The translations under genes were made by a program, and so were the position numbers. From IMG/VR virus record IMGVR_UViG_3300032295_001260, positions 1 to 32,508 of that record: a DNA stretch of 32,508 nt; one strand, 5' to 3'. Of the stretch, positions 27,544-32,508 are shown one piece after another (position 1 is the stretch's first letter; each line of letters opens with the position of its first letter). Below the pieces are notes generated by a model, which was not told the DNA's origin, made no database searches, and saw only the letters and a list, made by a program, of their open reading frames with translations. Source of the stretch: a virus. Taxonomy: Duplodnaviria > Caudoviricetes.

Positions 27544-27556
27544 TTAGGAGATAAAC

Positions 27557-27943
27557 ATGGCTTATAGCGCAAAAGTAGTTGACCACTATGAAAATCCACG
27601 AAATGTGGGTAAGTTTGAGATTGACGACACTGTAGGTACTGGTATGGTCGGTGCCCCTGCTTGTGGGGACGTAATGAAATTACAAATTAAAGTAGACGAG
27701 TCTACGGGAGTTATAACAGATGCTAGATTTAAAACGTATGGGTGCGGGTCAGCGATTGCTAGCTCAAGTCTTGTCACAGAATGGGTTAAAGGCAAAACCC
27801 TCAACGAGGCTGCAACAATTAGAAACTCACAGATCGCAGAAGAACTCAGTCTCCCACCAGTCAAAATCCACTGCTCCATCCTTGCCGAAGACGCCATCAA
27901 AGCCGCGGTAGAAGATTACAAAAAGAAGCATGATTTGCATTGA
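27557..27943 (+). CDS. iscU: Fe-S cluster assembly scaffold IscU
   Basis: MAYSAKVVDHYENPRNVG, GAPACGDVMKLQIKV, FKTYGCGSAIASSS, LPPVKIHCS (HscA-binding LPPVK). Confidence 0.98.
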   Translation: MAYSAKVVDHYENPRNVGKFEIDDTVGTGMVGAPACGDVMKLQIKVDESTGVITDARFKTYGCGSAIASSSLVTEWVKGKTLNEAATIRNSQIAEELSLPPVKIHCSILAEDAIKAAVEDYKKKHDLH

Positions 27944-28952
27944 ACCCGATGTTAGTGTAAATCCATTTTTTTCTATAACTTGGGAATGCACCTTAAAGTG
28001 TAACTTGGACTGTAGTTATTGTTCATCACATGATAACTCGGTTCCTCACCCACCGTTAGATGAGTGTTTGCGTACTATAGATTTTCTATACGAGTACGTG
28101 GACATCATCATGAATAACAAACCCCCTCAACAAAAACACGTTAGCTTCAACATCTTTGGTGGTGAGAGCCTATTTCATCCAAACATCATAGACATAATCG
28201 AATATGCATATAACAAGCACAATGGAAATTATGCATGGACTTTAGGATTAAACACAGTAACTAATGCAATTGTAAAACCTAAAGTTTGGGACATGTTACT
28301 TGACTACTTTGATTACCTTACTGTAAGTTATCACACTGAGTCTACTATAGCAGAACAAGAACTTTTCAGAAGAAATGTATTGGAATTACAAAAACGTAAT
28401 AAAAGATTCCAAGTATCAATTCTGTTACACCCGATAAACATTCAAAACTGCAAAAGCATGATTGATTGGTGTAAAGACCATGATATACCTTATTGGGCAC
28501 GTAAGATGGATACGCCTCCTGGACAAGGTACTAGAGAACATACTATAACATTAGTCAAACGTAATGAAATACTTAAAACTAGACAATTGGGTAGATCATG
28601 CTGTGGTGGTCAAAAATTTAATGTGGATCAAGATTATACTAAAACAGTCTCAATCGTACCGAACAATTTCATGGATTGGAATTGTGGTGTAAACCACTTT
28701 TTTATATTTGTAAAACAGGAAACTAAAGAAGTATTCATCAACAAAGACTGTTTAATGTCATACGATAGTGAGTACGGACCAATAGGATCACTGACTGACC
28801 CAACCAAAATCGTACAAGACTTGAAATATAGAATTGAAAACGGAACAGATTACATTGTATGTAAAAAGGAAAGATGTTGGTGTGGTCTTTGTTCACCCAA
28901 AGCAAAAGACAAAGTTGTATACGATGATATAATGAAAAAATATCACGTATGA
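27930..28952 (+). CDS. Radical SAM protein with Cys-rich C-terminus
   Basis: CNLDCSYC (CxxxCxxC), FGGESLFHP, TNA, SYHTE. Additional Cys motifs CCGG, WNC, C, and CKKERCWCGLC. Confidence 0.9.
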   Translation: MICIEPDVSVNPFFSITWECTLKCNLDCSYCSSHDNSVPHPPLDECLRTIDFLYEYVDIIMNNKPPQQKHVSFNIFGGESLFHPNIIDIIEYAYNKHNGNYAWTLGLNTVTNAIVKPKVWDMLLDYFDYLTVSYHTESTIAEQELFRRNVLELQKRNKRFQVSILLHPINIQNCKSMIDWCKDHDIPYWARKMDTPPGQGTREHTITLVKRNEILKTRQLGRSCCGGQKFNVDQDYTKTVSIVPNNFMDWNCGVNHFFIFVKQETKEVFINKDCLMSYDSEYGPIGSLTDPTKIVQDLKYRIENGTDYIVCKKERCWCGLCSPKAKDKVVYDDIMKKYHV

Positions 28953-28983
28953 GTATCAGCATTATATACTAATAGGAATATAT

Positions 28984-29289
28984 ATGAGCACTGAACAAGA
29001 CAAACTAAAAAATTCTAAGCGCCGTCATCAAGATGAAGTGGCAATCCAAAAACAAGTTAAGATTGCCAAAGCACATGGGTTAGGATTTAACGATAAGGCT
29101 ATCAAAGAGCCACATCGTTTAGCTAAACATCACGCTATGGATTGCGGTAATCCTGACTGCTATCTATGCGGTAATCCACGCAAGACCCACAAAGACAAAT
29201 TAACAGCACAAGAAAAACGTTTGTTTCAGGATGTAGAAAAAACTACCGATAAACACAGTAATGGACTGCCACCTGCAGAGGATGAATGA
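28984..29289 (+). CDS. Small hypothetical protein with a putative metal-binding motif
   Basis: HRLAKHHAMDCGNPDCYLCGNPRK. SD AGGA and TTATATA (28962-28968) upstream. Confidence 0.7.
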   Translation: MSTEQDKLKNSKRRHQDEVAIQKQVKIAKAHGLGFNDKAIKEPHRLAKHHAMDCGNPDCYLCGNPRKTHKDKLTAQEKRLFQDVEKTTDKHSNGLPPAEDE

Positions 29290-30188
29290 AAGTATTGTTA
29301 ATAGGTGGCAATGGCTACATAGGCTCATCGTTTTATCACAAGTCTACACATGAAATACATAGTGTAGACCTTTGCCTTTTTAAACACAACTTAGGTTATT
29401 CTACCGGTCGTAACTTCAACACGTTTGATACTAGCGATAGTGATGTAATTGTTTGTTTAGCAGGACACAGTAGTGTGCCCATGTGTGAGTATAGTCCTTC
29501 AAGATCATGGACTAACAACGTAGAATATTTTAGAAATCTCTGTGAGAGATTGAAACTTAACCAAAAACTTATCTATGCATCTAGTGCTAGTGTATATGGT
29601 AAGACTACCGGGGTGTCACATGAAACATCAGATATAAATTTTAATGTACTTAACCATTATGATTTACAAAAGATTACCATTGACTTGATTGCTAACAAGT
29701 ATATAGCAGAAGGTAAAAACATTCTAGGTTTGAGATTTGGTACAGTCAATGGTGTAAGCCCAAACACACGTAACGACTTAATGATTAACTCTATGATTAA
29801 GTCTGCACTTGAAACCAACAAAGTAAATGCAAAGAACTTACAAATACGTAGAGCAATTTTAGGTATCAATGATGTATCAAACGCATTGAACATGTTAGTA
29901 GATATTGATATAGCTCCTGGACAATACAATTTGGCATCGTTTAATAGTACAGTAGGCAAAATTGCAAATGCTGTTGCAGAAATGACTAACTCGGTAATAA
30001 CAGAACATCCAAATGATAAGTTAGCATATGACTTTGAATTAAGTACAGAGAAGTTTTGTAAGGCTACGGGATTTGAATTTACTGATACAGTAGACTCATT
30101 AATTACAGGGCTACTTTCGAATAGAGAATATGTAAATTTTGATGTGAGAGATAATGACAGAAACTTCCAGTATTACCTATCTGAATAA
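29286..30188 (+). CDS. NAD-dependent NDP-sugar epimerase/reductase (extended SDR)
   Basis: LLIGGNGYIG, IYASSASVYG, YDLQK (YxxxK), LRFGTVNG.SP..R.DLMIN. Confidence 0.9.
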   Translation: MKVLLIGGNGYIGSSFYHKSTHEIHSVDLCLFKHNLGYSTGRNFNTFDTSDSDVIVCLAGHSSVPMCEYSPSRSWTNNVEYFRNLCERLKLNQKLIYASSASVYGKTTGVSHETSDINFNVLNHYDLQKITIDLIANKYIAEGKNILGLRFGTVNGVSPNTRNDLMINSMIKSALETNKVNAKNLQIRRAILGINDVSNALNMLVDIDIAPGQYNLASFNSTVGKIANAVAEMTNSVITEHPNDKLAYDFELSTEKFCKATGFEFTDTVDSLITGLLSNREYVNFDVRDNDRNFQYYLSE

Positions 30189-31377
30189 GTGCTTATGTTG
30201 CGGTAGTGAGAACTTGACTATGGTGTTAGATTTACACGACCAGCCGTTAGCTAATTCTTATGTCAAAGATATAAATGACGTAGAAGAATACTACCCACTA
30301 GCATTAAACTATTGCAATGATTGTACGCATTTACAATTGACACATGGTGTCAACCCTGACTTGTTATTTAAGAACTATTTGTATGTCAGTGGCACTACTC
30401 AAACTCTAAGAGATTACTTTGATGAGTTTGTTAACATATCGTCTAGTTACATGCCAGTAAAAGGTCCTTATAAAATATTGGATATTGCATGTAACGATGG
30501 TTCTCAACTTGATGCATTTAAGAAGCAAGGACATCAAACATACGGAGTAGATCCTGCAGTTAATCTACATGAAATCAGTAGTAAGAATCATACCGTTATA
30601 TGTGATTACTTTAACGAATCTTCAGTAGTACGATTGGGTGCGGATAGATATGATGTGATTGTTGCACAGAATGTTTTTGCACATAATACTTATCCAAAAG
30701 ACTTTCTAACAGTTTGCAAAGATAGATTAAGCCATACTGGTAGATTGTTTATACAGACTAGCCAAGCAGATATGGTTATGTATGGGCAGTTTGATACTAT
30801 ATATCACGAACATATTTCATTTTTCAATGTGAAGTCTATGGCTACACTTGCTAAACAAGCAGGTATGTATCTACAAGATGTATTTAAGACCAGCATACAC
30901 GGTACTAGTTACGTGTTTGTTTTGACTACTGATCCTTCTCATGACACCTCTACCCTATTAATAGAAAATGAAGCTAAACAAACTATTGATGTTGCTAAGA
31001 AGTTTGCTACTACAGCAGTTCGTGTAGTAACGGAATTAAAGGACGAGTTAAACAGATACACTGATTGCTTACTAGTTGGGTACGGAGCAGCCGCAAAAGG
31101 TAATACGCTACTAAATTTTGGTGAGATAGACTTAGATTATATCGTAGATGACAATCCATTGAAACAAGGTCTATACACTCCCGGTAGGAAGATTAAGATA
31201 GTATCATTAGATGACCTGGTTAAGCTTGCTGGTAGTAAACCTATTGTTTGGGTTCCTTTGTCTTGGAACTTCTTTAATGAAATTAGAGAAAGAATTAAAA
31301 ATAAATATCATGAACCGACTGTATTCATAAAGTACTTTCCAAACATGCAAGTTATATTAGATGAGAACGAAGAATGA
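30154..31377 (+). CDS. NDP-hexose C-methyltransferase (TylCIII/EryBIII/TcaB9-like; Zn-binding + class I MTase + C-terminal domain)
   Basis: CLCCG...LDL.DQPLAN..YPL.L.YC..C.HLQL, LDIACNDG, NVFAH, FDTIYHEH, HGTS, YGAAAKGNTLL, DDNPLKQG.YTPG, SWNF. Confidence 0.92.
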   Translation: MTETSSITYLNKCLCCGSENLTMVLDLHDQPLANSYVKDINDVEEYYPLALNYCNDCTHLQLTHGVNPDLLFKNYLYVSGTTQTLRDYFDEFVNISSSYMPVKGPYKILDIACNDGSQLDAFKKQGHQTYGVDPAVNLHEISSKNHTVICDYFNESSVVRLGADRYDVIVAQNVFAHNTYPKDFLTVCKDRLSHTGRLFIQTSQADMVMYGQFDTIYHEHISFFNVKSMATLAKQAGMYLQDVFKTSIHGTSYVFVLTTDPSHDTSTLLIENEAKQTIDVAKKFATTAVRVVTELKDELNRYTDCLLVGYGAAAKGNTLLNFGEIDLDYIVDDNPLKQGLYTPGRKIKIVSLDDLVKLAGSKPIVWVPLSWNFFNEIRERIKNKYHEPTVFIKYFPNMQVILDENEE

Positions 31378-32123
31378 AATCAGTAATAACACACATATAC
31401 AATGAAGAATATCTATTGCCATGGTGGCTCAATCATCACAAAAAGATGTTTGACTATGGTGTCATCATAGACTATGGTAGCACTGATAGATCAGTAGAAA
31501 TATGTAAAGAAATATGCCCACATTGGCAAGTATTACCTTCAAGGTACACTCACTTTGCTGCCGCAGACTGCGACTATGAAGTTATGTTCTATGAAAGTCA
31601 GATTCCAGGTTGGAGAATTGCATTAACTACAGCAGAATTTCTAGTAGGGGACATAGATAGTTTAACCAACAATAGACCTGAACGACAGCAACACATCATA
31701 CCTGGAATACGCTTTACTAAGTGGGATCCTTGTGGTCAGTTAGACAAGTCAAAGCCTTTATGGGAACAGGTACATACAGGTATATCATACTACGATAACT
31801 ACATTGCACATCAGGCAAGAAGTCTACACAACTACAATGATATTAAATATCCCGTTGGTAGACATTATTGGCCACCTACAACTGAGAACGTTATGATATT
31901 TCACTATGCAAATGCTGTTGTGGGCAAAGAAATGATACAGCGTAGAATGCAGATACAAGATAAGGTTAGTCCTGCTGACAAGCAACAGGGTATAGGCAAT
32001 CATCACTATGTAGATGAGAATGGATTAACGTTCAACGAATTGTACAAAATGCATGTCGAATACATGGCAGATGGTGAGACAGATTGCTCACCTTTCATAG
32101 ACAGAATATTTAAGGGTAAATAA
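31374..32123 (+). CDS. GT-A fold glycosyltransferase (Glyco_tranf_2_4/GT92-like)
   Basis: THIYNEEYLLPWWLNHH...FDYGVIIDYGSTDRS. WRIALTTAEFL lies where (L)D.DEF is usual. Also GRH and IFHY. Confidence 0.75.
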   Translation: MKSVITHIYNEEYLLPWWLNHHKKMFDYGVIIDYGSTDRSVEICKEICPHWQVLPSRYTHFAAADCDYEVMFYESQIPGWRIALTTAEFLVGDIDSLTNNRPERQQHIIPGIRFTKWDPCGQLDKSKPLWEQVHTGISYYDNYIAHQARSLHNYNDIKYPVGRHYWPPTTENVMIFHYANAVVGKEMIQRRMQIQDKVSPADKQQGIGNHHYVDENGLTFNELYKMHVEYMADGETDCSPFIDRIFKGK

Positions 32124-32205
32124 GTAAATATAGTATCACATATAGGCTATACTATATCAACAATAACAGTTATAATACTGTAGAGACTTGCCCTAATCGC
32201 AAGTC
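32116..32205 (+). promoter_or_regulatory. Complex regulatory region upstream of ahpC
   Basis: Tandem GTAAATA (32116-32122, 32124-32130); inverted repeat ATATAGTAT/ATACTATAT (32128-32136/32149-32157); perfect TATAAT at 32171-32176; hairpin GACTTGC/GCAAGTC (32185-32191/32199-32205). Confidence 0.55.
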
Positions 32206-32238
32206 ACAAAAATATTTCATTACACACAAGGAGAAATT

Positions 32239-32508
32239 ATGAAAACAGTCGGAGATAAATTAGAAAAATTTGCAGTCACAGGCGTCAAGCCCGGACAACC
32301 AGAAGATGCTTTCTACACTATTACAGACCAAAGCTTTGCAGGCAAGTGGAAAGTAATCGTGTACTATCCAAAGGACTTTACATTCGTTTGCCCTACAGAA
32401 ATCGTAGCATACGATAAGTTGACACAGGACTTTGCAGACCGTGACGCAGTATTGCTCACAGGTTCAACAGACAATGAGTTCTGTAAAGTAGCATGGCAAA
32501 AGAGCCAC
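32239..32508 (+). CDS. ahpC: Peroxiredoxin AhpC (3' end truncated by the window; absent from the supplied ORF track)
   Basis: Manual translation: MKTVGDKLEKFAVTGVKPGQPEDAFYTITDQSFAGKWKVIVYYPKDFTFVCPTEIVAYDKL...GSTDNEFCKVAW, with the peroxidatic FTFVCPTE motif. SD AAGGAG. Confidence 0.96.
   Translation, partial: MKTVGDKLEKFAVTGVKPGQPEDAFYTITDQSFAGKWKVIVYYPKDFTFVCPTEIVAYDKLTQDFADRDAVLLTGSTDNEFCKVAWQKSH

Noticed and set aside
1-32508. Cellular (bacterial) origin, alternative genetic code, or NCLDV origin
   Set aside because: The gp23, PAAR and late-promoter motifs, SD sequences and overlapped gene packing indicate a tailed phage. Genes are full length in the standard bacterial code, so there is no sign of stop-codon reassignment.

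Overview
An AT-rich, gene-dense segment of a large T4-superfamily-like tailed phage genome, coded almost entirely on the + strand. The phage call rests on the major capsid gp23 C-terminus, a PAAR spike, nrdA/nrdB/glutaredoxin and NTAAATA late-promoter motifs. Host-like genes (iscU, ahpC, desA, metK) suggest a proteobacterial host, probably beta or gamma (inference). Gene order: end of major capsid gene and structured terminator; fatty acid desaturase; degenerate HNH gene (- strand); a 3050-aa fibre built from roughly 700 proline-free Gly-X-Ser triplets interrupted by globular modules (one C1q-like); a translationally coupled glycosyltransferase/methyltransferase operon; ribonucleotide reductase cluster; PAAR and a 1022-aa putative structural protein; SleB-type cell wall hydrolase and small membrane protein; then metK, NDP-sugar epimerases, iscU, radical SAM, sugar C-methyltransferase, glycosyltransferase and ahpC (truncated). 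The best candidate for an undescribed system is a phage-encoded 'glyco-collagen' fibre with its own glycosylation/methylation machinery and SAM and sugar supply. A 19-bp hairpin at the fibre/operon junction may also control translation. All product calls come from motif recognition by eye; no database searches or folding calculations were run.
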